Shown here piece after piece: positions 13,660 through 26,640 of a DNA stretch of 64,000 nt; the first letter of the stretch is position 1; each line of letters starts with the position of its first letter. The notes beneath the pieces were generated by a model. The model ran no database searches. It was not told the origin of the DNA and saw only the letters and a list, made by a program, of their open reading frames with translations. This DNA comes from Paraspadella gotoi. Lineage: Eukaryota; Animalia; Chaetognatha. The stretch spans positions 12,781,081 through 12,845,080 of the forward strand of contig CM119267.1 of assembly GCA_051294375.1 (NCBI GenBank). The letters run 5' to 3'. The position numbers and the translations under genes are program-made.

Positions 13660-14973
13660 AGCAGATCTGTATTGAACGGTTGTGTCACTAACACATAACA
13701 ATAATTACTGTCTCTTTATAAAAAAACTTAATGAGAAAGTTCATTGTGAAGAAGTAAACATCGTTATTCGTTAATTAGCCTTGTTCTTTTAACAGTAATG
13801 TGCCTCGACCATCAACCATCTTCCCGATCCAACCACCCACCAACCTAGCCAATCCTTTCTAGGTTTTCACCGCCATCGTCATCTTTCTTAATTTTTGATA
13901 TTCAAACCCGCGCATTATAATCCTTATACGACCGAGCCTCGGCGAAGCGAGAAAAACGCGTCTCAAAAATGGACACGGCGCCGGAACGGGCAGTTGGCGT
14001 TGCGGGAAATAGCTCCGGAGCGATGGAAATGGATTGGGTGCGGCGTAAGCCGGACCGGGGAGAGGAGACGAAACGAATTTGTGATAATGTCTGAAGTGAA
14101 CGCGAAAAAACTTTCGATTTATTTTTAGGCGAAAATTCTGTTACGGCAAATAAACTCTTGTCTAGGAAATATAAACTCATTTCTAGAATATTTAAGATTA
14201 AAAAGCTATTTCTGTCGCTGACAATTCGTTCTTTATACCACTTTGGTAGATTCTAAACAAAAGGTTTATCGACCAGGCGCGAGTTTCCATTAACTACATT
14301 AAAATACGAATTGGATAGTCAAAGTTCGTCGGCCCCCGATAAATATTCGGTTTTTAGACATCCTTTTTATCTTCACAAAAATTGTTTCTTACTTGATTTA
14401 TTTTCCCGAGAAATTAAGACGCAATTCAAATTTGTCTGTTTTATTCTTTCTCTTTTGTTTGAGTTCGCATCAGGTGTGTTGACGTTGATCCGCATTTAAG
14501 GCAATCTCGCCACCCTCAGCCCCCAACCACCATCACCGCTACCACAGCCACTCTCTGCCACCAACCACCATGAATGCCACCAACGCCACCGCCGAAGAGC
14601 GAAAACTTAATTTTCTTCATGGATGCACCTGCGGTAAATGGTGGCGAAAGCGGCTGCGGCGGCTTCGGCGTCTCTGTCGGCGGCGGCTGCGTCGACGTCC
14701 GAAAATATTTACGGCATTGGCATCGCTTGGTCTTGCGATTGAAAGACTGTCTTTCTTTCAAGCGCGGGAGCGAACGTGCGATATCTTCGGCGAAGATAAA
14801 GAACGTGGGAAGAATAAATCACCACCTAAACCTTGAGCATCATGAATTAAGCTCAGCTGCTGCGGCGGCGGCAGACGCGCTGGCGGCGACGGCGTCCACT
14901 GCCGCAGCATCAACTGCTGTAGCGGCAGCCGCACTTGAGAAAAAACTTGGCGGACTTGGGAATAAGATTTAAT

Positions 14974-15028
<55 letters not shown>

Positions 15029-16682
15029 CGTTTCTTCGGTTCGCCTTTTTAACTTTTACCGGATGATTTCTCTCCCGGCAACGCGGAAAAGATATTTCCT
15101 GGATGGAACCAAATTTCCGTCCGACCGACTGTCTGACGTGTCTGTTTCTGAAAATGTTTGATCATCTTCGGTTTATTTTCTTTTTATTTTTTATGGGTTC
15201 GTTTTTCTTTATTGTCTTTCTTTCTTTCCATTTTTTCTCTTCTTCGGATCAAGTCCCACGCTTTTCCTTTCGATTCCGTTAAAACTTTTTTGTATAAATC
15301 AACTCGCTGCATCTTGACTGAAATTCTTAGTAACTGTTAAATCACACCTTTTCAAACAAGTTTGAGCAAACATTGTCGGATCTGCCTACGATAAGTAAGC
15401 GGTAATAAGCTAATCCGAAGATAAATCATAGTAATTTTTCTGATTCTCAATTTGTGATTATTACAAATCATATCAGACTTCTTAATAAATCTATGAAAAA
15501 ATCTATAAATCAATTGATCTATCAATCATTACCAGTAACTGTGCCAATAACTTGCAAAATTTGGTCAACTTTCATAATAATCAACTTGCATAATTAAAAC
15601 CACTTTTGGTCAATTGACATAATTTGGTCATCTGGCATAATTTGGTAAACAGGCATAATTAGGTCAATTTTCATAATTTGGTAAATTGTCGTAATTTGGT
15701 CAACTGGCATAATTTGCTCAACTGCAAAATTTGGTCAACCGGCATAATTTGGTTAATTGGCATAATTTGGTCAATCAATTAATCATTCAATCAATCAATC
15801 AATCAGAGAGAGATAGAGAGAAACTTTTAAAAATTGACATAAATATGTGTTTGGTTTTCTGTTTTAAACTCTTTTTTACTCCTACGATTCCATCTAAAAC
15901 TTATAAAAAAAAAAATTAAAAAAAACTTATATCCAGCTTAATCTCATAGTTTCCTACCCACACACAAAATTTCATTTCAATTGATCTATCCAATTTTAAT
16001 CAATATAATAATTATGAGTCAATATAAATAAAATTCTTCAAGCAAATATGACTTTTGTTTTTTCCATTTAAACTCATTTCCACTCGCACGATCATTAGTG
16101 GTAATTAATTAGTAAATTAATAAATTAATTAATTTGATCCGAAATGCTTGTTTTTAGGTTTTTGTCACTTATCACAACAAAAGCAACGACGACGATGATG
16201 GCGACGACGATAATAATGCCGATAACGATTGACTTGATTGATTGATTGATTAAATAATTAATTAATTGATAAATAAACTGATTGATTGAATAATAAATTA
16301 ATATATAAATAATTGACCAATTTAATAATTAATTGATTAATTAATTGACTGATTAGTTAACTGAATAATTATTTGATTAATTAATACATCTTGCATTTAC
16401 ATTTAATATAAAAATAAAAAGAAACAATTATTAATGAAACAGTTTTTTTGTTTTTTCCATTTAAACTCTTTTCCCTTCCCACAATTCCATCATATCTAGC
16501 TCAATCACACACTTCCCTACCCACACAAAAAATTTCATTCCAATCCATCCATCCATTCACGAGTAATTGGAATTTTTTGCTAAAGTTGGACGGACGGACT
16601 TAGTTTTTTTTGCATAAATTGTCAGCAAAAAACAAAAGTTTATTTTGTTAGATGTTACAACGATTTATTTATTAGCATTAAC

Positions 16683-16731
16683 AAGACGGACATGTTTAGA
16701 CTCTGTTGTGCGAGTCTTTATCAGCGTTTGG
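16683..16731 (-). ncRNA. Hammerhead-like motif in the Penelope terminal repeat (two core substitutions)
   Basis: ACG-CTGATAA-A-GACTC-GCACAACA-GAGTC-TAAAC-AT-GTC-CGT. The sister copy at 20478-20515 keeps GAGTC-GAAAC but has lost the CTGATGA half. Confidence 0.6.
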
Positions 16732-17124
16732 TATTAACAATTATTTAGAGACATAAGTTAGGGAGAGAGAGAGAGAGATAGAGAGAGAGTTTCCAACAAA
16801 GAATTGAGTAAAGGATAGTGGTCAGATATGAGGACAGGTGAAGGTAAGGACAGGGAAGAAGGAGTAAGTATTGTGAAATGGTGAAAATGAGAGTGAGAGA
16901 GAGAGAGAGACAAAAAATCAATACATTTGGCAATGTACAATAAAGATAAATAAGTAGACTTGGAAAAAATTGAAAAATTAGCTAAAGGAATAATAGTAAC
17001 AAAAAGAATAAATAAATAATTTAAGTGAAAATAAAAAATGAAAAAAAGATGAAAATATGTAATTGAGGGTTAGATAAGTTTAGAGTTAGTGAAAAATAAG
17101 TTAAAGAAAAAGCTCAAAAATTAT

Positions 17125-17548
17125 GAGCCGAAGGTTCATAGGCCCGATTAACCATTACGCCCTATCGTATCAGCCCGCAATTCCATTTTTAATGGAATGA
17201 TGAAGGAGTTGGGAAGAATTCTCACTCCTCTTGTCGGAAACCCGCACCATCTTAGAAATTCTTTTGATCTGACAGAAAAGCTGCAGCATATCATAGTGCC
17301 CGATACTCATCTCTTGGTTTTGTGCGACCTAAAGAGCATGTTTACAAATATGCCTCAGGGATTGGCGTTAACATACCAGAACGCCGCCTGAAGGAAGACC
17401 GGCTGTTGCACGAGCATATGCCAATCCAATTGGATGATATCATGGCGCTGCTGCGGTTGGACCTGGAACTGGCATGCTTCAGGTTCGATGGACGGTACTA
17501 TGTCAACGGATAACCGATATAATTGGAAAGAAATTCGGTTTTTCTTTT

Positions 17549-17588
<40 letters not shown>

Positions 17589-17720
17589 TATTTTTTTCCT
17601 TCTAAAAACTTTTTTTATCACCATTTATTCCGCGCTTTTTTCTCTTTTCCTGGATTTCGTGGCCGTTGCGAGGCAACGAGTAAACAATGTCAAGGAACAT
17701 AACCTAATAAACGCGTTTCG

Positions 17721-17763
<43 letters not shown>

Positions 17764-19775
17764 CTCTCTCTCTCTCTCTCTCTCTCTTTCGCTTTCTCTC
17801 TTTCTCTCTCTCTCTCTATTTCTTTTTTTTAACAAAAAAAATTTTATTCACTTTTTTTTTCACCACCGTCACTAGGCGACGAGTAAACGAGTAAACGAGT
17901 TCCGGCTCTCTCTCTCTCCTGCGTGATCGTTCTTTTTTTGAAAAATTATGATTATGTTTTTCCTTCTAAAAACTTTTATTATCGCGATTTATTCGGGGCT
18001 TTTTTCTCAATACAAAATCCCAAATTTACATCCGAGATTTTCGTGGATTTTTATTTTATTATTCTCTCTATATTTCTCTCTATCAATCTCTCTCTCCTCT
18101 CTCTCCTCTATTGTAATTAATGAATACTGTTCCCCAAACAATGTAAGCAAAATATTTTTTGTACTCCTTAATCATACTATCCTTGTTTGATCATTCAAAT
18201 AAAATTTATGCTCCCCAGTGCTCCACTCTAATGTCCAGCCTGGTAGCTTAGGGATGGGCAAATCAACCTCAAGTCCTCTGGCAGATTTTCTATATGGAGG
18301 ACTATGAGGTGGAAGCTTTGGCTTCTTTTCAATCTCTGCATGGGGCAGAGTCAGTTCTTTTCTGGTATTGGAAAGCAGACGATACCATCCTGGCCGTGCG
18401 CAAGGATCTCACGGTACCTTACTGACCCATCTGAACAGCATCAAAGCTACCATCAAGTGGACATGTGAAAAGGTGAATGGTCAAATTGCAATGCTCAATG
18501 TGCTTGTAAAGCGCAAAGAGGGCGGCTCGTTGGAATTTTCAGTATATTGCAAACCAACCCACACTGACCAATACATTCCCTTTGATTCGCATGCTCCCTT
18601 GTTGAATAAGCTCGCCACGGTCAGGTCCTTTATCAGAAAAGCTTGACTGATTCCATCGACCCTGAGCTTCAGGCCGCTGAGCTTGAGCATGTCAAAAGAG
18701 CCCTGGCAATCAAAGGTTACCCTCTGTGGGCTTTTGAGAAGGCCAGGTTCCGGCTGAACCAGGCTGAGGGCAGTGGCCACCAAGGGGCTGCCCTAGTAGC
18801 TGCTGATGATGCAAGCTCAGCCTTCGCCCCCCAGGAGGAAGAATGAGGCCTTGCTGCTGAAGGACCTACTGCGCCCACCACAGCAAAATTGGGAGATAAG
18901 CAGAAGCGCCTCAAGGCTGTAGGTCACTTGTCCCTCCCCTACCACCAGGGGATCACTGAAACTTTGGTGCAGGTGCTGGCAAAGCAGGGAATCTCCACTT
19001 CAGTGACAACCCGCGGCTCTTTGCGTGAGCAATTGGTGAAACCGAAAGACAAAATCCCCAGACTGAAAACATTAAGAGCTGTCTCTTGGGCGGCCTATGC
19101 AGGGGCGGGCAACCAAGCCTGTGCAGCAGCATACATGGGTGAGACAGAGAAGTCTCTGTCAGATCAGTTCCAACAGCACAAAAAGCCATACAGAGTTGCT
19201 CGGGGCCACTACTTGTCAGCATAACAGAACATTCGGCTAATACAGGCCATCTGTTCAGAGAAACTTACTGTCTCATGCTGTGCCATGACCAAAACTGGTT
19301 CTCAAGAGATATTAGAGAGGCAATCTACATCAAAGCCCTCGAGCCCTCGCTGAACAGTGATGGAGGACGATTTGATCTCCCTCCAAGCTATGATTTGCTA
19401 ATCAAGTTGGTGGTGGAACGCCCCACACCGCCCCAACTGCACGGTGATTGCCCTGTCCCCACTCAACAGGTCAGACGGAGGCCCCTCAGCAGGCAATGGA
19501 CGTCCGATGCCACTCCCAAGCCTGCAGCAACTTGGTGCGACTCTTCTTGCACTGAGCGTCGCCCAAAACGCCGACTGCAGGAAGAGGGAGAAGAGTCTGT
19601 ATCTCCTGCACCTAAACAGGCAAAAACAGGCAGTCACCCACCTCACCGGCAAATGAGAGAAGGGCTTTCGGTAGGCCTATCAGGCCAAAGAGATATTCGA
19701 GTAGCTCTCGGCATATTCCTAGGCGGTTCACTGCCTGACCCCAACATGTCGCACTCTAGAAAAATATCCTCTTAG
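17125..19775 (+). pseudogene. Penelope-type RT plus GIY-YIG endonuclease polyprotein, frameshifted and interrupted
   Basis: PKVHRPD*PLRPIVSARNS, HHLRNSFDL, CDLKSMFTNMP, FDGRYY, LGMGKSTSSPLA, WKADDT (YVDD site), VYCKPTHTDQYIPFDSHAP, KGYP, LPYHQG, YMGETEKSL, REAIYIKALEPSLNSDGG. RT precedes EN, as in Penelope/Poseidon. Confidence 0.92.
17505..18235 (+). mobile_element. Family-2 HINE-like fragment inserted in the Penelope RT
   Basis: CAACGGATAACCGATATAATTGGAAAGAAATTCGG.. is near-identical to 12167-12700. It splits the RT between FDGRYYV and QPGSLGMG. Confidence 0.8.
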
Positions 19776-20257
19776 TCTATGACAGGTCAATGACCCGAAC
19801 ACATTGCCAACGTCCCCCTTTTGCCCGGCCAGGGGGGGCCAGCTCATTTTTGAGCTCTTTCTTTAACTTATTTTTCTATTTTTCTCTCCCTCACTTATAT
19901 ATACTTATATATATTTCTGTCAGATCAAGAGAATTTCTGAGATGGTGCGGGTTTCTGACAAGAGGAGTGAGAATTCTTACCAACTCCTTCATCATTCCAT
20001 TAAAAATGGAATTGCGGGCTGATACAATAGGGCGTAACATTTAATCGGTCTTATGAACCTTCGGCTCATAATTTTGAGCTCACATTTTTTAGCTTTTTCT
20101 TTAATTTATTTTTCACTAACTCTAAACTTATCTATCCCTCACTTACATATTTTCATCTTCTTTTTCATTTTTCATTTTTCACTTAAATTATTTATTTATT
20201 CTTTTTGTTACTATTATTCCTTTAGCTAATTTTTCAATTTTTTCAAAGTATACTTAT

Positions 20258-20292
20258 TAGAGTTCCCCANNNNNNNNNNCTGGGGAACTCTA
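20258..20292. mobile_element. hAT-type element collapsed into the N-gap (termini only)
   Basis: TAGAGTTCCCCA-[N]-CTGGGGAACTCTA with 8-bp TSD ATACTTAT (20250-20257, 20293-20300). It is absent from the inverted sister arm near 16955. Confidence 0.8.
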
Positions 20293-20985
20293 ATACTTAT
20301 TTATCTTTATTGTACATCTCCCTCACTCACATTTTCACCATTTTACAATACTTACTCCTTCTTCTTCCCTGTCCTTACCTTCACCTGTCCTTGCATCTGA
20401 CAATTAGCCTTTACTCAATTCTTTGTTGGAAACTCTCTCTCTCTCTCTCCCTAACTTATGTCTTTAAAAAATTGTTAAACCAAACGCGCAACAGAGTCGA
20501 AACAAGTCCGTCTTGTTAATGCTAATAAAAAATTGTTGTAACATCTAACAAAATAAACTTTTTTTTCCGCAAATTCAAAAAAGAGAGAAAATAACACAAA
20601 ATGCATAATTTATCATAATTCGATTACTTATAAGCAGATCCGACTAAAAGATTCAAAGAAAGAGAGAGAGTGAGAGAGAAAGAGAGCGAGAAAGAGAGAG
20701 AGAGAGAAAGTTGCCAGGCGACACTGAACAGCTCCCGCGGTTGTTAGTGACCTCATAAAGGCTGAAAAATACAGACGCAGCTAGGGGGTTGTGGCTGCGT
20801 CATCAATTTCAGCCTAGTGCCCGACCCCCAGTGGAACGGAAGAAAGGGAGAACACGAAAGAGGGAGGGAGAAGGAGCAGAGAAGAGACAGGGAGAGCGAG
20901 TGCAAGAGAGTAAAATAAATTTAAAAAAAAAGAAAAAAAAACATCGTAAAAAAGTGTTATTTTTTGCATCCGCGGGAGAGCAAGT

Positions 20986-21043
<58 letters not shown>

Positions 21044-21809
21044 CGCAAGGCCTTTTTAGTTGAGTCTAGGGATTCGTGTTTGATACTTTCCTTATATATT
21101 ATTTTTCTTCTCTGTTTCTTTTTTTTTCTCGTTTGAGAACTCAGTTTGGTGGGTGGCTTTTGTTTGGGGTGGTTTTCATAAAAAATGTAAATCCCAAAAT
21201 AAAAAAAATAATTTTCAGCGAGACATTTTTATATTTTGGGATAATATTTTGTGTGTATCTCTTTCTTTTTCTCTTTGGTATTTCTCTAACATTATATGTC
21301 TCTTTCTCTTTTTCTCTCTTTCTCTTTCTTTTTATCTCACACTCAACAAAGTACAATTGAGATATGGCTTCGATTCCTCTCGCTTTCCTGTGTCACATCT
21401 TGATGTCCTCATTATTTTTCCTCTTCAGTCTCGCGAATATTTTCATCTCCCTTTTTTTATATCAAAGTTCGAGAAATAAGACGCCTCCTTCAGTCTTCTT
21501 AACACACTGTCTTTTTTCACATTTTTTTATTTTTATTTTTTGCATTTTTTTCTCTTTTTTAAGATTCTTGTCACTTTTTAACCTTTTTAATCTCTAATAC
21601 TTTTTTAAAATCTTTTTTCCTCCTTTTCACCCTTTCCTTTTCTCAAATGTGACTCTTAAAAAGTCTTATTCAATATTCTTTTTCTCGTGACAATCTTTAT
21701 GAAATGTTCGTTAAATAGTTTTCCCTCTTCGCTCTTATCTCTTTATTCACATCACAAGACATAAACTCGAGAGACTATGAATCTTCTCAATCGTGGGGGA
21801 ATTCTAATT

Positions 21810-21876
<67 letters not shown>

Positions 21877-24154
21877 CTTGCCATTCGTCTCATCAGGCAT
21901 AATAGCGTTTCACTGTAGCCGAGGGAACGATTTCGCTTTGATTGTGTTTCTTCTTCGGGAAGAGAAAATACTTCCTGTCTGATTATTGAGTCCGGAATGG
22001 GGGCGGCACCGCAGCCGCCGCAGCCGCCGCAGCCGCAGCCACCGCTGACGGAGCCACCGACGCGGACAACCGCGCAACACTACCGCCAATAGCGAGAACA
22101 CCAACGACGACTTTTATTCGTATTCGATATTTCTACTAATTAATTATGAAGCAAGCCTCTTATCGATTATTAAAAAAAATGTTCAATATTACTAGTTCAC
22201 TTACCCACTTATTGATTTGGCGCTCGTTAAGATTTTAAAGTAGAAAGCAAATTCCGATCAAATTAAAATTTTCTCTACTACATGAAACAGTGCTTTTATG
22301 AACTTTGATGTACTTCTAGTTCAATACTTGACAATCTTCATATCATCTTTAGCGATGCACCAATTCTGGTTCTTTATATTTTTGGATGTAACAAATCTTA
22401 ACACTTTTTGTGTTATATAGAGTAAGGCGGAACAGGTTACAAACTAACAGAAGCCAGGTATAAATATTATTAACATGTTTATTAAAGATCGTGAAAATAA
22501 AAAAAAAAGATTTATCTCATAGTTAAACGCATGGAAGCTATTTTATATTATCCAAATACTATATAATGTCAAAAAACTTTTTTAATAATTTTAAATTTTT
22601 TTGACGGATTGTGATAGAGCTTCAAAAGTTAAATGAAAGTTATTATTACGACTTCTTGAAATTTCAATGATTTGTCTATGGAAATTAACAAAAACTATAA
22701 AATTTAATAAATAATGATGATAATGATAATTTTTTAAGGTTTTTTTCAAATTTTAGCCTATTTGTCTTTAAAATTTTTGAAATTTGAAATTTGAAATTTG
22801 ATCGCCGAAGACATTGACGTTGTAGTTTCAAATGTTGATTTGTTCATTAAAATTTCAAAAGTCGCTCGAATTCGTTGTCAAAGAAGTCAGTAATTGTCTT
22901 TGTCTCAAAGTAAGTAAAAGGTAAGTTTCTGTTGTGCGGTCATATCGACTGAGGCAATTGTTATAGCTTGTTTGGCGCCAAGACGAAGTGAAGGGGCCAA
23001 TGATAAAGTCGTAAGAGAGCAGGGGAGATCGGAAAACCATTCGTCCTTTTGCAGTTGATTTGTTGACGAACAGCTTCAGGATTCCTCGTTGAGGAGGAAC
23101 TTCTTTAGAAGGGTGTAGGTAGCGAAGAGGGCGGGTCTTGCAAAGAATTCGTTCTCGTCGGTGTTGGGGGCAGGGACTTTGTAAGGCGGCGGTTGAGACA
23201 CGAGATCGGCGACGGAAGATTCGAAGCGTCGCTGAGAATTTTTAGTTTCTGTCGCCATTTTATAAGTCAGATTGGAGGTAAGAATTGGGTAATGAATGAT
23301 TTATAAAAAGGGAAGGCTTTAAAAAATATAGGGAAGGAATAGGCGCAGCGTTTTATTTTATTTTAATTCACAAGTTTTGTTTGAGATAAGGGATCAAGGA
23401 AAATTCATTGTTTTTCTTATTAAGAGCGGGAGAATGGCGCGATTTTTGCGGTAAGAAATTCGACGGTTCGATTCGAGGAGCATGGAAGGAGAAAAAAAAT
23501 TTCTCTTGGAAAAGTCTTTGGGCGAACGTTTGTTGGTTTTGGGAAGGTTGCGTGAATTATTATTATAGTCGGGCAATCACCATTATGGCGACGTGAATAA
23601 TTAAGATAAGGAGACAGGTTTAAACGGGATACATTTAATACAATGTACAAGGAGTTAAACATTAACAGTAATAAATGGTGAACGAGAAAGTATTATAGAG
23701 ATTTAGAGTTGTGTCTACCATCGTGAGCTTGTCCGCTTTTAAAGCCAAAAGTCGGCCCAAGTGTCCTCAGCGCAAGGTCAGTGGCTAAACAACCACCGGT
23801 TACCACGGTGGCCAGAGACATGACCCACGTGACCTAAAGCGTCCTCCATAGTATTAACCTTTATTAACCTTTATCTAACTTTTTAATCTTTAGCAGAATC
23901 CATTTTTAAAAATTAAAATTTCTTCAAAAATGTTTTTAAGCATTTCTTATATTTTGTTAATTATTAAAATGCTTCCATGTATGAAGAAAATTAATTTAAT
24001 CAAAATCTAACATCATAAGTCAATTTGGTTGTAAAAGGACAAAAGACTTTTATTGCAGACTTTTTCATATTCTAAAAAAATGTTAAATTTTGGCCTGCCT
24101 TGATATACAGCTAAAAGGCCACAACTTCAAGAGGCCCGGTTTATGGAGAAACCC

Positions 24155-24260
24155 GTGTGGGAGGAATCCAGTTGGGAGGAATCTCATGTGAGAGGAATCC
24201 CATACGGAGGAATCCCCCGTGGGAGGAATTCCGTGTGGAAGGAATACCACGGCCACCCAC
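24155..24260. repeat. ~17-bp GGAGGAAT tandem array, probable DNA-transposon sub-terminal repeat
   Basis: Six imperfect units containing (G)GAGGAAT or GAAGGAAT. Confidence 0.6.
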
Positions 24261-24961
24261 AAACACGCTGCGGTAAATATTTGGGGAAGGGGAAGGGAGC
24301 CCATGGTGGGAAGGGGTTGGGCGGGAGGGTTTAACTGAAATTCGTCAAATTTGTTGTGGTTTATCGTTGATCTTCTTCGATGGTTCTTATTTTTGCATTT
24401 TCTATTATTCGAGTCATTCAATCCCAACTATTTGTGTTTGTGGTCTCACCACCCGCGATTAATCAAATTCCAAAACATCACCTTCGATACCGAATGCCCT
24501 CAGGTCGGCGTTTTAACCAGCAGCGTCGTCGTCGTCGTCGTCGTCGTTACCCCGTTGTTGACGCCCCACAGGACTTTGTTTAATTTTAGCCCTCGATGCG
24601 TCGGACCGGAAGTCGTCGCGACTAACGCGAGTCTAAGGCGCGGGAGAAAGCGAGGGCGTCGCCTCCGCCGCTGTCCGCTGGGCGTCGCCCTTTAACTTTA
24701 TTTATTTCCCCAACAAACGAGAAAAGAAAAGGGAACAGGAGGAGATCGAAAAAAGGGGAGATAGGCGAACACGAATAGGGGGGAGGAAAAGAGATATTTG
24801 TAATCGAAGTAATGTTCTTTGGGACAAGATAGCTTTTAATTTCTATAATGAATGAATAGATAATTTTATATTGGTTGTTTCGGTTTCATGAGTTTTAGCT
24901 CTTTGTATTTTTACTATAGAGTTTAAAAAATAATAAAATTTCAATTCTACAACGAAAGCCA

Positions 24962-25197
24962 TATGGTGGACTAAAATCCACCAACCGTTCATCAGCGGCC
25001 ATTGGTGCCGGAGGCAAGTCATTCGCCTCCCAACCCAAAAGGTCCGGGGTTCTAGACCGGTGGCCGCCTAGCAGTTAAGAGGGACGGGGCGCTTAACCCG
25101 CCTGTAACATGGTGTTACATCCTGATCCGAAGCTCAGGGACTGCTTATATTAAACGGTTCTGTCATTAACACTTATCAATAATTACTGTCTCTTCAG
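24962..25197 (+). mobile_element. Structured tRNA-module repeat, copy 3 (reference copy)
   Basis: Hairpin GGTGGA-CTAAAA-TCCACC, IR AACCGTT../..AACGGTT, and a tRNA-like 24995-25068 (acceptor GCGGCCA/TGGCCGC, loop CTCCCAA, B-box-like GGTTCTAG). Further hairpins TGTAAC/GTTACA and CCTGA/TCAGG. Confidence 0.85.
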
Positions 25198-25819
25198 CCA
25201 AGTAATTTCCAAATCAGTGATAATTATAATACTAGGAAAGAGTCTTGGAAAATCAGCTTGCAGAGAGATGTAAGCCGGACTTCATCATGGCCTGTCAAAA
25301 ATTAGGGGTATGATAAGTTATATTTAATGAAAGATGAACAATTATTATAATGTATAAATTTCATAGTACGTAGAACTAATAAATCGAAAATGGTAATACA
25401 GAGAAAGGAGTGCACTCTGCACAGAGAACACCTGACACCGAAACTATATCGGGTTGATATATAAAAGTTCTGAGCCAGAATTTTTTCTTTCTCCCCTGTA
25501 CTTTTTTTTATGGCTCGAATTTTTACATTTTTACATCCGCCGCCCTCTATCTTAACGGTGACTAAGAAATCGAGATGGGCGACGACGTGAGGGGGAGGAA
25601 GAAGGAAAAGGAGAAAGGAAGAGGCGGGTTAAATTGCATCAAATTCTACGTACAATGACTCAATGGTACAATCATACAATGACACAATGGCTCAATGCTA
25701 CAACTAATTAGTTTTAGAAAATATTGGAATGTAAATAGTATTAGTATCAGCAAAAAACCGGAAATATTTGAGAATAAGGTGGGGTAAGTAAAGGGAGAAG
25801 ACCCAAGAAAATTGTTTTA

Positions 25820-26025
25820 TTCTCTTGGTTAGTACCGGAGTACTAAACGATCTTTTCCCTACATCGAGTTTGATTTAAAAGATGACAGTATGATCAAACC
25901 AAATGGTGAACGGTGTACGGTGAACACTGGAGAGCGGATACTGAGCAAAATAAAATAATATATTTTCAAAACTTCAGGTGATTTTAGCATAAGGTAGGGC
26001 AGTCTGGTGATTTCTTTTTGACGTA

Positions 26026-26056
<31 letters not shown>

Positions 26057-26640
26057 GCGACTCGGCGTCACGCTTTATTGCAATCATGGAGTTGAGAATA
26101 GGGTAGCCCCTCTCAATGGGGGTAATCAAAAATTTAGTATGGGAACATGCTCAAACGAAAATTTATGCATTTTTAAGTATACTTTCAATGTACAAAAAAT
26201 TTCTTATATGGCTATATACCCAAATATTTATTTTTTAATATTTTTTTATAGAAAGGAAAAGAGTTCGTCCCTACTCAGATTCGTCGAAAAACGAGTTCAG
26301 CTCTGCAGCGGCGGTCCAGCTTCTCTCTATCTTTCTCTCTCTCTCTCTCTCTCTTTCATTCATACACGCATTTGTTTGTTTTATTGACGATGAATGATTC
26401 ATCGCGTCAATGAATGACTATCATCGCATCAATGAATGATTATCATCATATCAATGAATGATTATCATCACATCAATGAATGACTATCATCGCATCAATC
26501 ATTTGATTATCATAACATCTGTTATTTTGTTATCATCGCATCAATTATTGGTTATCATCGCATCAATATTTGGTTATCATCGCATCAATATTTGGTTACC
26601 ATCGAAAGCTGGCTCGATCCTTCTGCTTTTAAGATTTTTT
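25820..26640 (+). mobile_element. Short or chimeric HINE-like copy with family-2 3' end
   Basis: Hairpin TTAGTAC-CGGA-GTACTAA, (GTC)n-GGCGTCACGC, the 20-bp tandem array, and the end CTGGCTCGATCC..GCTTTTAAGATTTTT as at 13625-13659. Confidence 0.55.

Larger units (their letters stand above)
16621..20600 (+). mobile_element. Penelope-like retroelement (decayed) with inverted terminal duplication
   Basis: RT and GIY-YIG remnants. 16636-17278 is the reverse complement of 19913-20560. TGCATAA(A)TT lies on both sides as a TSD-like duplication. Confidence 0.88.
15355..20649 (-). mobile_element. DINE-1/HINE-like family 1 copy hosting the Penelope insertion
   Basis: AACAAGTTTGAGC..GTCGGATCTGCC terminus at 15355, 20-bp tandem TGGTCAACTGGCATAATT at 15600-15775. 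The element resumes at 20602 (TGCATAATTTATCATAATTCG) and ends GCAGATCCGACTAAAA. Confidence 0.75.

Noticed and set aside
18640-18850. In-frame TGA codons in the Penelope ORF as selenocysteine or recoding
   Set aside because: They co-occur with frameshifts, TAA stops and a degraded catalytic motif, so ordinary decay explains them.
24995-25068. Functional tRNA-Gly(CCC) gene
   Set aside because: The anticodon stem has two C-C mismatches, the T-loop is non-canonical, and the sequence is embedded in a dispersed repeat.
25726-25748. TGGAATGTAAA resembling miR-1
   Set aside because: The 3' half diverges and there is no complementary arm for a pre-miRNA hairpin.
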